This document shows positions 9,870 through 19,550 of a stretch of DNA of 64,000 nucleotides, one piece after another. Source of the stretch: Candidatus Poribacteria bacterium (GTDB lineage Bacteria > Poribacteria > WGA-4E > PCPOR2b); contig OZ220744.1 of NCBI GenBank assembly GCA_965116925.1, positions 1,472,001 to 1,536,000 on the forward strand, written 5' to 3'. Position 1 is the first letter of the stretch. Every line of letters begins with the position of its first letter. A program made the translations under genes and the position numbers. Below the pieces are notes generated by a model, which saw nothing but the letters and a program-made list of their open reading frames with translations, searched no databases and was not told the DNA's origin.

Positions 9870-11050
9870 GTCTCCGAACAGAGAATGAGTGCCCCTGTGT
9901 AGGTGTGTGCGAAATTTCGATTACCGATGGGCGCAAATTCAGCATTTCCGAAGAAACCGATAATTGGCAGATCCGGAAATTTCTCCTTGATAATCTGAAT
10001 ATCGTGATTTACTTCACCGTATAATCCTGCGCCCCTACCCAAGCAATTGAAGTAAAGCCCAAAAGCTGGCGGATGTGCCTGTGCGCTTTCATGCAGCCGA
10101 TTCACGATGGCATGGATATCTTCTGACGCGGCAAAAGGATTTCGCAGATGAAACTGCACAATTTGTCCCGTTTCGATCCTTTCTGCTACTCCGACTGCAG
10201 CACTTTGTGGATCAATGCCCGTGATGTTACGAATCAGGTAGTCGCCCGGTTTCGGGGACGGATTTGATGTATCCATTGCAATACCTATGAAAATCATTCT
10301 GCCTGAACGCTGTATATCTTCCTCAGTCAGCAGTGCAAGTGATTCTTGCAACACCTCCACCGCTTCCCGACCATCCAACTCAAGAATCAGGTTGTCCTCT
10401 GCGCGAGTAATTTCAACAGGGCTACCAATGGGTTGACACCCTTGTGCGACGCCGATCTCTGCATGGAAATCTCCTGTCAGCAACACGCCTGCGACACTCA
10501 ACTCTGCAATGTCTGTCCCGCACCATTGGTGCATTTGACCGCTCATCGGATCTCCGGATGCAGCTCCACCAACGATGGGGAGTGCATCTCCATGCCCTCC
10601 GATCTGTTGGACAAGTTCGGCAGGCTGGACACATCGCACATCCGGCAATACGACCAAGAGTGAATTTTCACGGAGTTCTGGTTGTATTTGATTGCGTATG
10701 GTTGTGCCAACAGGCGACACCCCATCTTCAGAGACACAGAAAGAAAGGGCGGATAACTGATCTGAGCGCAGCACCAGGACAGCAACAACAGATTGCCCTT
10801 CAAACTCGCCGTCCGAAGTGAGGACACCCATCCCACTGCAACCGATTAGGTGTTCGCATCCTGATATTCTCTGTACTGCCTCACAGAGCTGCGTGTATTC
10901 GTTCTGATAGTCAGCCGTTGCAAAAACAAACGCAAGGTCTGCTTTAGCCAATTTTGCCTTGCCCATTGCCGTTGTGGTTGCTTGTTCAGCAGCTTCAGAG
11001 CCTGAAGCACTGAGGCTATGCCCAACACCAGCGCGTATCATCAACCTCAC
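9866..11050 (-). CDS. FIST N/C domain signal transduction protein
   Basis: LIGCSG, GGAASG, AQGC.PIG, YFNCLGRG, GFFGNAE motifs. Confidence 0.88.
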   Translation of the reverse strand: MRLMIRAGVGHSLSASGSEAAEQATTTAMGKAKLAKADLAFVFATADYQNEYTQLCEAVQRISGCEHLIGCSGMGVLTSDGEFEGQSVVAVLVLRSDQLSALSFCVSEDGVSPVGTTIRNQIQPELRENSLLVVLPDVRCVQPAELVQQIGGHGDALPIVGGAASGDPMSGQMHQWCGTDIAELSVAGVLLTGDFHAEIGVAQGCQPIGSPVEITRAEDNLILELDGREAVEVLQESLALLTEEDIQRSGRMIFIGIAMDTSNPSPKPGDYLIRNITGIDPQSAAVGVAERIETGQIVQFHLRNPFAASEDIHAIVNRLHESAQAHPPAFGLYFNCLGRGAGLYGEVNHDIQIIKEKFPDLPIIGFFGNAEFAPIGNRNFAHTYTGALILCSET

Positions 11051-11146
11051 CTTGCCTTTCTGTTATCCCAGAATGTAAGATCCTTGCTTGCTATGATTAT
11101 ATCCCATTATCGCTCAGTAAAGTTTCATCTGCAGAGTAGATTAAAA

Positions 11147-12397
11147 TTACTCCGCCGCGATGACAAATTCTAGCCGACGATGTGCTTCGCGTAGGGAGGC
11201 TTCAACGCTTTCAGGCGTATTCCCTCTCGCAAAGATAAATCCAAGATACCTTGCACCTTCCGGCAGCGGAAGAACTTCCTGCCCAATCGGTATACTGATG
11301 GTAACCTCCTCAATGCCTGAAATCTGTTCCGCGCCCGTTTTGCCTCGCACCTCCCGCAAAATCCCGGCATGGGGAATGGGAATCATCATCACACCAGCCG
11401 GTTGTCGTTCACGCTGCAACGACTCAACTTCCAGTCCGATAGCGTGCCGAATGATGAGCTCTTCTAGCGAAATACCTGTACCAAATCGCAACGTCCGTGC
11501 ACAAAGCCCACCAATCGACCGAGCGGCGATTTCGATTATCCATGCACCATGGTCGTTGACTCGCAGCTCTGCATGGATGGGGCCCTCCCGCAAGCCAAGT
11601 GTGTCTGCCGTTCGTGCCGTGCACGATATAATATTGTTTTGAACCTCAGCTGGTAAGCGAGATGGGGTAATGTAGAGCGTTTCCTCAAAGAAGGGTCCAT
11701 CTAACGGGTCAGGTTTATCAAAAATAGCGAGTACCTTGAGTCTCCCTCGAATCAGGATGCCCTCAAGAGCAACTTCTATCCCCGGTATAAAATCTTCAAC
11801 AAGAATTTGCTGTGCTCTTACATCTTTCCGCGATTTAACGTCAGATGCCCCTAAAATGCTAATAATTCTCTGAAATGCCGTTACAAATTCCTTTGGATTG
11901 TTCGCACGGATGACACCCCGACTCGCCGACAGAGAAAGCGGTTTGAGAACACACGGGAAGTTTACACCAGTTACAATTTTTGCTGGATCCGCGCTGATTG
12001 AAACCAGTTCAAAGTGCGGTGAAGGGATACCTCCCGTTGCAAGTACTTTTCGCATCTGATATTTACTGCGGGTAGTGCGAGCGGATTCCACAGAATTATG
12101 CGGTAGGGACAGTGCCTTCGCTACCATTGACACCAAAATTGTCGTGTCATCATCAACCCCGACAACTGCGTCAATCGGATGGGTTTGGGCAAACGCAACG
12201 ATCTCCTCCGTTGCCTTCTCAGGTTTGCTGAAGTTAATGACCAAGGACTTGCGCGGCGACAACTCAGACAACGTTTGTGGTTGATCTGATCCAATCGCAA
12301 CCGCCACCCCTAGCTGCGATGCAGCTGAGAGAAATGCCTTCGCCCGGTATGTTTTTGTGGGCAAGAGTAGAAGAATGCGCTTTTTGTTTGAGTTCAT
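11147..12397 (-). CDS. ATP-grasp domain protein
   Basis: FPCVLKP..LSASRGV, VEDFIPG.E, DKPDPLDGPFFEE, HAELR, EIAARSIGG. Confidence 0.85.
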   Translation of the reverse strand: MNSNKKRILLLLPTKTYRAKAFLSAASQLGVAVAIGSDQPQTLSELSPRKSLVINFSKPEKATEEIVAFAQTHPIDAVVGVDDDTTILVSMVAKALSLPHNSVESARTTRSKYQMRKVLATGGIPSPHFELVSISADPAKIVTGVNFPCVLKPLSLSASRGVIRANNPKEFVTAFQRIISILGASDVKSRKDVRAQQILVEDFIPGIEVALEGILIRGRLKVLAIFDKPDPLDGPFFEETLYITPSRLPAEVQNNIISCTARTADTLGLREGPIHAELRVNDHGAWIIEIAARSIGGLCARTLRFGTGISLEELIIRHAIGLEVESLQRERQPAGVMMIPIPHAGILREVRGKTGAEQISGIEEVTISIPIGQEVLPLPEGARYLGFIFARGNTPESVEASLREAHRRLEFVIAAE

Positions 12398-12643
12398 AAC
12401 ATATTTTCCAACGGAGAGTTCGTCTGACAAATTATACAAAATCTGCCAATCTAAAGCAATCGGAAAAAGCGTATAGAATGCAATTGCAATTCCCTACGTT
12501 CTATGTTAAACTATAAACGTTTTGAGAGAAACTTGGAAAATTCTTGAGAAACCATCGATATGACGTCATCCACCAATGCTGATAAGTTGATAATGGAAGT
12601 TTCAACACCTAAAACCCACATACCCAATTTTAAGGAGTGAAAA

Positions 12644-13462
12644 ATGATGTACCGAAAGTTTTTGGGCATCTTTGCCCTTATCACGACCATCAGCATTTTA
12701 GCGGGGTGTGCACCAAAGCCGCAGATTGAAATTTATATGGAACCTGTTGCAGGCAGAGAACACGCCCAAATCGATGCACAAACAGGCTCGATCTCCGTGG
12801 AGCATCGCGACGTTCAGATTACGCTTGAACCACTCGATGAGGTAGAATTGTTTGAACTAACAGAAGATCCACGGATTAATCCATATCTTGGGATTGACCG
12901 TTGGGGCAATGTCGAGCCGTTGTATACCGTTTTTGGTATCCACATCGAAAACAGATCTAAGTCGCGAGTCATCGTTGATTCGACAGCGATTTTAATCGAT
13001 CTCAACGGCGAACAGTATGCCTCCCTCCCCTACGATTACTTTAAAGAACTCTACGAGAACGTGAGGCCAAGAACGGTAGCATTCTACGACCCTGGCTATC
13101 GATACCGTTATCCTCGTTCTTACTATCGGATCCCCTACCGCCCTTACTACTACCACCCATATAACTATCGCTTAGGATACCGGCACCGCTACCCTTACAC
13201 ACCGTATCGGGTATATGATTACTATCCGGATCCGGCTGCTGCGAATCACGAGCGGCTGGTTGCGCGTGAGACGGTGTTCGATGGTGGTCAGCTTTTCTCA
13301 GGTGCACAACGCGACGGACTCTTGGTGTTTGATAGACTTGACATCGGTGCAACAGACGTCAAGGTTATCTTGCCGGAAGTTCAGATTATTAATAAGAAGA
13401 AAAAACGGTCAAAATCCGATTTCGTGTTTGATTTTCGACAGGTTGTCAATGTGAAAGAATAA
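12644..13462 (+). CDS. Hypothetical lipoprotein with Tyr/Arg/Pro-rich insert
   Basis: Lipobox LAGC; AAGGAG RBS; low-complexity Y-rich segment. Confidence 0.75.
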   Translation: MMYRKFLGIFALITTISILAGCAPKPQIEIYMEPVAGREHAQIDAQTGSISVEHRDVQITLEPLDEVELFELTEDPRINPYLGIDRWGNVEPLYTVFGIHIENRSKSRVIVDSTAILIDLNGEQYASLPYDYFKELYENVRPRTVAFYDPGYRYRYPRSYYRIPYRPYYYHPYNYRLGYRHRYPYTPYRVYDYYPDPAAANHERLVARETVFDGGQLFSGAQRDGLLVFDRLDIGATDVKVILPEVQIINKKKKRSKSDFVFDFRQVVNVKE

Positions 13463-13574
13463 AATCTTTGACGAGATTAGACAGAATCACTTAGATTGTC
13501 AGCAATGAAAAGTTGATAGCGATTTCGTTGCTGACAATTTTCTTTGTGACGATGAATCAATCAAGGAGATATAT

Positions 13575-14747
13575 ATGAAGAAAAATAGAGCGCGTTCAAC
13601 CGTTATACTTGTCATTTCCGTCATGACATTTGCTATGATTATAGGTTTTGCACTTACCGGATGTGAAACTAGAAATGAGATTAAAATCGCTGTTGCGGGT
13701 CCCTTTACCGGTCCTATTGCTGCTTTCGGGGAGATGATTAAGCGTGGCGCGGAACTCAAGGCGAAAGAGATTAATGCGGCAGGCGGTGTTAATGGCAAAA
13801 CACTAACGCTTGTCTTTGAAGACGACACCGGCAAAGATAAAGAAGCGAGTTTAGTTGCAGAGCGCATTGCCAGCAATCGACAGATTCTTGCAGTCGTAGG
13901 ACACTTTAATAGTTCCTGCTCGTTAGCGGGTAAACCTATCTATCAACGTGCTGGTATCGTTGAACTTTCACCTGGCTCGACCAACGTCCGTGTTGCTGCG
14001 GGCAGCGATTGGACATTCAGAAATATCTACCGTGATGATTTTCAAGCTGCATTTGCAGCGAAGTATATCAGAAACGTATTAGGGGGCATCCAAAAAGTTG
14101 CCATCTTTTTTGATAACGATGACTATGGGCGCGGCCTTAAAGATAGCTTTGCTGCTGCCGCCAAAGAACTTGGACTGGAAATCGTTGGGATGGAAGCGTA
14201 TGATCGGGATAACACCGACTTTAAGGCGCAATTGACAAGCATTAAAGCGAAGCAACCGGATCTGATTTTTCTCTCAGGGTTGTACAGTCAGGCGGGATTA
14301 ATCACCTCCCAAGCGCGTGAGGGAGGCATCACCGCACAACTCTTTGGTGCGGACGGCGTTGATTCTCCGGATTTCCTTCAAATCGCAGGCGATGCGGCTG
14401 AAGGTACGTACGTCACGACACCGTTTGTTTTTGGACTCGACGACCCCAAAGCTCAAAAGATGGCGGTGGCGTTTGAGGAAATGCATGGGGTTGCTCCTGA
14501 TACGTGGGCAGCACTAACGTATGACGCGGTCGGCATGATTGTCGAAGCGATCGAAACAGGCGGTGAAAATCGAAAAGCGATTCGCGACCATTTGGCGTCA
14601 ATTGACACTCCCGAAGAAGGGTACAACGGTATCACAGGTCTGACCTATTTTGATGAGAACGGGGATTGCGCCAAGCCTGCTTATGTCAAGATTGTCAAAG
14701 ATGGTCAGTTCGTCCCCGCTCCGGAGCAGATGCTTGGTGTGGAGTAA
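13575..14747 (+). CDS. livK: Branched-chain amino acid ABC substrate-binding lipoprotein (LivK/LivJ family)
   Basis: Lipobox LTGC, INAAGGVNG, VVGHFNSS, DDYGRG, TDFKAQLT, YDAV. Confidence 0.88.
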   Translation: MKKNRARSTVILVISVMTFAMIIGFALTGCETRNEIKIAVAGPFTGPIAAFGEMIKRGAELKAKEINAAGGVNGKTLTLVFEDDTGKDKEASLVAERIASNRQILAVVGHFNSSCSLAGKPIYQRAGIVELSPGSTNVRVAAGSDWTFRNIYRDDFQAAFAAKYIRNVLGGIQKVAIFFDNDDYGRGLKDSFAAAAKELGLEIVGMEAYDRDNTDFKAQLTSIKAKQPDLIFLSGLYSQAGLITSQAREGGITAQLFGADGVDSPDFLQIAGDAAEGTYVTTPFVFGLDDPKAQKMAVAFEEMHGVAPDTWAALTYDAVGMIVEAIETGGENRKAIRDHLASIDTPEEGYNGITGLTYFDENGDCAKPAYVKIVKDGQFVPAPEQMLGVE

Positions 14748-14861
14748 CGTGCACAGCCGTGTCTCACGTAGCTGCTGTGAAAACTTTTGCTCTGTTTCGC
14801 TAACCTTCTCGTTGACATTTTACATTTCACACATAACGTCGTAGGAGCTTTTAATTTCTTT

Positions 14862-15755
14862 ATGGCCCAATTTCTGGAACAAATCATAAACGGACTTGTG
14901 CTTGGCGGCATCTACGCCCTGATTGCCGTGGGCTATACGATGGTCTACGGCATCATCCAGCTCATCAACTTTGCACACGGCGAGATTTTTATGTTCGGTG
15001 CGTACTTTGCCTTCTTATGTGTCACGACCTTCGGCCTTTCATTTTGGGTTGCATTACCGGTCAGCATGGGCATGTGTGCCTTGATGGGCATGTTAATCGA
15101 CTTTGTCGCCTACCGGCCGCTCCGTAACGCGCCACGTCTCTCCGCACTGATTACCGCCATTGGTATCTCTCTGATGCTACAAAATCTTGCTCGATTGATT
15201 TGGGGGGCAAGATGGCGTAAGTTTCCTGTCGAAGCAACGCCTACGGTCTTGACGGGAAATGCTATCCCGCTACCCGGTGGAGCACAAGTTTCATTCCTAG
15301 ATGTCTTTATTATCCTGCTCGCCGTTGTTTTGATGATTGGCTTAAACCGGTTAATTCGCTTGACGAAGATCGGAAAAGCGATGCGGGCTTGTGCTCAAAA
15401 CAGAGCCGCAGCCAGCTTGATGGGTATTGATACCAACCGCGTAATCACGGTGACGTTTGCGATTGGATCCGCGCTGGGAGCCGTTGCTGGTGTCATGGTA
15501 GGACTCCGCGAGGTTACGGAGCCTGCAATGGGGTACTACAAAGGGGTTGCAGCATTTGCCGCAGCTGTGCTTGGAGGGATTGGTAATATTACGGGCGCAA
15601 TGCTTGGTGGCGTGGTCCTCGGCGTTGCTGAGGCCCTTGGAGCTGGCTATATCTCATCTGAGTACCGTCTTGCGATTGCTTATATCATTATGATTCTCGT
15701 TATTATCTTTCGACCATCTGGACTGCTGGGAAAATCAACAGCAACACGGGCTTAA
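14862..15755 (+). CDS. livH: Branched-chain amino acid ABC permease
   Basis: YALIAVGYTMVYG..LINFAHGE, GKAMRA, AAVLGGIG; start at ATG 14862. Confidence 0.92.
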   Translation: MAQFLEQIINGLVLGGIYALIAVGYTMVYGIIQLINFAHGEIFMFGAYFAFLCVTTFGLSFWVALPVSMGMCALMGMLIDFVAYRPLRNAPRLSALITAIGISLMLQNLARLIWGARWRKFPVEATPTVLTGNAIPLPGGAQVSFLDVFIILLAVVLMIGLNRLIRLTKIGKAMRACAQNRAAASLMGIDTNRVITVTFAIGSALGAVAGVMVGLREVTEPAMGYYKGVAAFAAAVLGGIGNITGAMLGGVVLGVAEALGAGYISSEYRLAIAYIIMILVIIFRPSGLLGKSTATRA

Positions 15756-15769
15756 TCCGATAAACCAAC

Positions 15770-16756
15770 ATGCCGAAAAAACTATTCACTCCTAAAACCA
15801 TTGTCCTCCTTGCGGCGGTGTGTCTCTTTCCGCTGATAGTCTACGGTTCCGACCGTATTGCAGATCTGTTCTATGAACGCGGCATCATCTTACCGCTACC
15901 GAGTGGATCCTATGTCCTCCGAGTCGCCGTGATGGCTTATCTTTATATGCTCCTGGCTTTAGGGCTCAACATCGTACCGGGATTCACAGGATTGCTTGAC
16001 TTGGGATATGTCGGATTTTACCTCGTCGGTGGGTATACGGCGGGGTTGTTGATGGCGAGGCTCGGTTGGAGTTATTGGATTGTGCTGCCGCTTGCTGCAA
16101 TTCATGGTGCCCTCTGGGGTCTATTACGCGGTGCCCCTACGTTGCGTCTGACAGGCGATTATTTTGCCATTGTGACCTTTGGGTTCGCGGAACTGCTTTT
16201 CAGAATTGTGAAAAATGAGGAGTGGCTCATCGGTGGTCCCAACGGATTTGTAAACGATATTCCACCCCCTACGCTTTTTGGATATGGACTCGATGCACGC
16301 TGGCAACAGTATTACCACATCCTGATCTTGCTAGCTCTCACAATTGTCGTTGTGCATCGTCTGCAGCATTCGCGCGTTGGGCGAGCGTGGGCAGCAATCC
16401 GAGAGGACGAACGGGCGGCAGAGAGCATGGGGATTAACCTCCGCGAATACAAATCTCTCGCCTTTGCTGTCAGCGCGGCAATCGGAGCTGTTGGAGGGGC
16501 ATTTTTCGCACCATTTCAGGTCAATATCAGCGCAGGCGCGTTTGAATTCTGGGAATCTATTTTCATTTTATGTATGGTCGTGCTCGGTGGAATGGGAACC
16601 ATCAAGGGCTCAGTTATCGGAGCCGGCCTCCTCGGGGTTTTAGGAGAGCTCCTACGTCCATTCGGTGGATGGCGCTATCTAATTTTTGGCATTATCCTAA
16701 TCCTCATAATGCGTTTCCGTCCGGCAGGCTTGCTATCAACGAAAGAACAAGATTAA
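15770..16756 (+). CDS. livM: Branched-chain amino acid ABC permease
   Basis: GLLDLGYVGF, LRLTGDYFAIVTFGF, GRAWAAIREDE, VLGGMG. Confidence 0.92.
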   Translation: MPKKLFTPKTIVLLAAVCLFPLIVYGSDRIADLFYERGIILPLPSGSYVLRVAVMAYLYMLLALGLNIVPGFTGLLDLGYVGFYLVGGYTAGLLMARLGWSYWIVLPLAAIHGALWGLLRGAPTLRLTGDYFAIVTFGFAELLFRIVKNEEWLIGGPNGFVNDIPPPTLFGYGLDARWQQYYHILILLALTIVVVHRLQHSRVGRAWAAIREDERAAESMGINLREYKSLAFAVSAAIGAVGGAFFAPFQVNISAGAFEFWESIFILCMVVLGGMGTIKGSVIGAGLLGVLGELLRPFGGWRYLIFGIILILIMRFRPAGLLSTKEQD

Positions 16757-16774
16757 CCCTAGCTGGCAAAGAAA

Positions 16775-17872
16775 TTAGCCTGATAACAACGGCAGCTGCA
16801 CCGGCTGTCCTGTTTCATAACACTGCAAAGCCGCAAAAGCAATCTCGTGCGTTTTGATCGCGTCCTCCAGATTGCAGTGTGATTCCCGATCATTCAAGAT
16901 GCAATCGACGAAATGGTCCATCTGCCCTTGGAATGGGTGGTGCGTAACGTCGGCGCTGTCGGGTAGGATAGCAGGGATCTCGACCCACCCATTTTGTCCG
17001 GGATACTTATGTGACCAGATCCGATTGTCCTTAATTGATCCCCGATTGCCAAAGATCTCAAGTGGAAAGGTGTAGGGCATGATGCAGCCGTAGTTGACAG
17101 AGACCTTGCCCAACACACCGTTGCTAAACTTGACCAGACAGATCTCAAAATCGTCATATTCTAGCGGGGGCGCCTCTTGCCATTGGGAGGTGAAGTAGTC
17201 ATACTCCTCCGAAACCCCTTTGCGGTAACCACCAGAATAAGCGAATACTTCGATGGGATCGGCAGCCTCATACTCACCTTTGGCGGCAAACCAACGCAGT
17301 GAATCGGCGGCGTGGCAGCCTCCTGTGATCATCGCACTCACACCTGTTGATTTCTTTCGGGCATCTTCGTAACCTGTCCACCAACTAGCAATATCATGCT
17401 GATAGTCCGTTTCGACAAAGTACGGATCACCAATCGCGTTGTCTGCAACCATCGCCTTGAGCGTTTCAAAAAGGGGATTCCAGCGTAAGACGAAACTCAC
17501 TATTGTCTTCACCCCTGCTGATCGGACTGCATCACGCATCGCCTTGATTTCTTCTAGATTATTGGCAATCGGCTTTTCAATAACGATATGCCTCCCGTTC
17601 TCTGCTGCGGCAATCGTATTTTCTGCATGTAAGTATTGAGGTGTACATACAGAAACGATGTCTACACCATCATGCTTGAGGGCTTGTTCATAGTTATCGT
17701 AAAGCCCGATATTTTCCAATCCTGCTTCCGTCGCACGGGCTTGACAACTTGTCAATTTTCGGCTTGAGATTGCGACCACCTCTGTGTGTGGATTCGTTTC
17801 AAACGCTTTAATGTGTTGCGTCGATACCCAACCTGCTCCGTGGACCAATACCCCTAATTTTTTTTCAGCCAT
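16775..17872 (-). CDS. Gfo/Idh/MocA family oxidoreductase
   Basis: GAGWVS Rossmann motif, EKP, GGCH; AAGGAG RBS. Confidence 0.9.
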   Translation of the reverse strand: MAEKKLGVLVHGAGWVSTQHIKAFETNPHTEVVAISSRKLTSCQARATEAGLENIGLYDNYEQALKHDGVDIVSVCTPQYLHAENTIAAAENGRHIVIEKPIANNLEEIKAMRDAVRSAGVKTIVSFVLRWNPLFETLKAMVADNAIGDPYFVETDYQHDIASWWTGYEDARKKSTGVSAMITGGCHAADSLRWFAAKGEYEAADPIEVFAYSGGYRKGVSEEYDYFTSQWQEAPPLEYDDFEICLVKFSNGVLGKVSVNYGCIMPYTFPLEIFGNRGSIKDNRIWSHKYPGQNGWVEIPAILPDSADVTHHPFQGQMDHFVDCILNDRESHCNLEDAIKTHEIAFAALQCYETGQPVQLPLLSG

Positions 17873-17892
17873 CTTAATCTCTCCTTTCCGGA

Positions 17893-18055
17893 TCGTAGTG
17901 TTAGTAAATAGCTTGACATACTCCCCGCCCTAAAGGAGGGGGATTGTTTTGATTTCCCTGTCCAATAGTTTTGGGAATTGCGCTATCAACAAGGACCGGA
18001 CGGCGAACCGCCTCTTACGTCCTCTCCTTCAAGGGTTGATGCCCCAACCCTATAG
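17893..18055 (-). ncRNA. TnpB omegaRNA (scaffold overlapping the tnpB 3' end plus flanking guide GCTATTTACTAACACTACGA); boundaries approximate
   Basis: Hairpins GGGTTGGGGCATCAACCC and AGGAC..GGCGG-TTCG-CCGTC..GTCCT plus the right-end hairpin ending TCAA; homologous to the orphan copy at 35.8 kb. Confidence 0.75.
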
Positions 18056-19122
18056 ATGTTAATTGCGGCGTTACGGTCACGGTCATGGATTGTGCCACAA
18101 TCGTCGCAACGCCAGTTTCTATCACGCAGATTCAACGTTTCATTGATAGCAGCGCAAACTGAACAGGTCTTACTAGAAGGATACCACTTATGAATGAACA
18201 CGATTTTGACACCCTTTTTAGCTGCAAGGTATTTCAACTTTTTAACGAAATCGGCAAAGCCGAGGTCACTGACTTTGCGTCCCCAAAGTGATTTCATGCC
18301 TTTAAGATTCAAATCCTCAAGCCGTATCTCGTCGTATGCGTCAGTCAGTTGGTGTGCAAGTTTCCAGTGGAAGTCCTCTCGTTGCCGTTCAATCTTACGG
18401 TGCTTGCGTGCCAAGTCAAGCCGTGTGCGTTCCCGATTCTTTGACCGCTTCTTAGTTCGTGAATGTGCTCGACTTGCACGTTTGATAGCGTTGAGACTCC
18501 GCTTAAAAAACTGAGGTGATTCTATATCATGTCCATTATGACCGGTGAGATACCTTTTGAGACCAAAATCAAAGCCTGCGATTTTACCCGTCATGACTCG
18601 ATTGGGGTCAGGTTCTACATAGTCCGTTAAGATACAGATATAGACATCGCCGATACTATCCCGTTTAATCGTGCAACGTTTCGGGTTGCCCAGAATATCA
18701 CGGGACTTGAAATAGCAATAAATACGCTTTCCTATCTTGATACGATTACCCGGTAGAAGTTTCCAACCGGCTTGTAGTAAAGTGAATGACTTATACTTAC
18801 GACGGGGTTTGAAACGCGGTCTTCCCCATTTCTTACCACTAGCACGGGCTTCAAACATTGCTTTGTAGCCTTTGTCAATTCGTGCTACTACGTCTTGAAC
18901 GGCTTGGCTCGGTAATTGATTCCAATGAGCAAACTTGGGCAACCGTTTGAGTTTAGAGATATGGTTAATCAACCGAAACCTGCTGATATATTTACCGTAG
19001 CGGGTATAGTAGCGACGTTGAAGGGCTACGCAATGATTCCATACATGAGCGTGTCCGTCTATGGTCTTGTGCAACTCACGATTGCCGTGATTAGAATACA
19101 TTTTGAACTTGTAGGTTTTCAT
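17986..19122 (-). CDS. tnpB: RNA-guided endonuclease TnpB
   Basis: RuvC residues in GFDFGLK, RLEDL and DRDRNAA all present; CSVC...CDDC zinc finger. Confidence 0.95.
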   Translation of the reverse strand: MKTYKFKMYSNHGNRELHKTIDGHAHVWNHCVALQRRYYTRYGKYISRFRLINHISKLKRLPKFAHWNQLPSQAVQDVVARIDKGYKAMFEARASGKKWGRPRFKPRRKYKSFTLLQAGWKLLPGNRIKIGKRIYCYFKSRDILGNPKRCTIKRDSIGDVYICILTDYVEPDPNRVMTGKIAGFDFGLKRYLTGHNGHDIESPQFFKRSLNAIKRASRAHSRTKKRSKNRERTRLDLARKHRKIERQREDFHWKLAHQLTDAYDEIRLEDLNLKGMKSLWGRKVSDLGFADFVKKLKYLAAKKGVKIVFIHKWYPSSKTCSVCAAINETLNLRDRNWRCDDCGTIHDRDRNAAINIYRVGASTLEGEDVRGGSPSGPC

Positions 19123-19220
19123 TATGGATTGTCTTTCTGTCTTTCATACCTTTTCAACGAGGTGTAGGGGACGTTAGCGAGGGTGCTAACGGTTGAAATC
19201 CCCTACAGAAAGACAAGAAA

Positions 19221-19249
19221 AGTATACCATATTTCACCTGCAAATTCAA
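19221..19249 (-). promoter_or_regulatory. Internal IS promoter for tnpB
   Basis: TTGAAT-N17-TATACT with extended TG; same layout at 36047-36075. Confidence 0.7.
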
Positions 19250-19416
19250 CTTTTTTGATTAACTAACAGGATTTGCCGTTCTGTATCCCCGCCTTGAAAG
19301 ACGAGGTTTTAGAACGGAAGATTTTGATAAAACACCCCATCAGCCAAGTCAACTACTTTTCTGCATCACCTTGCTCACCTCCTACATCGTGAGACGACGC
19401 CAACCGAACTTTCCCG

Positions 19417-19444
19417 TTGACACCGATCTGATAATTTGTATAAT
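19417..19444 (+). promoter_or_regulatory. Sigma70 promoter for the SelA-like gene
   Basis: TTGACA-N16-TATAAT. Confidence 0.7.
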
Positions 19445-19550
19445 CAAGCCCACACTGTTAAATTGATTTTGCGAGAAGAAACAATAGGGATAGGGGTTAG
19501 CTTCGGAGAGGTTCATCAGGCAACACACTTGAACGCAAGGAGAGAAATGG

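Larger units (their letters stand above)
17913..19326 (-). mobile_element. IS200/IS605 family element, tnpB only (IS1341-like)
   Basis: Right end ...CCCCTCCTTTAGGGCGGGGAGTATGTCAA; left end TTTAT|CAAAATC... followed by subterminal hairpin CCTCGTCTTTCAAGGCGGGG; no tnpA inside. Confidence 0.85.

Noticed and set aside
19480..19550. Glycine riboswitch suggested by two GGAGAG motifs
   Set aside because: The other conserved elements (CCGAAG, CTCAGG) are absent; the second GGAGAG is the RBS
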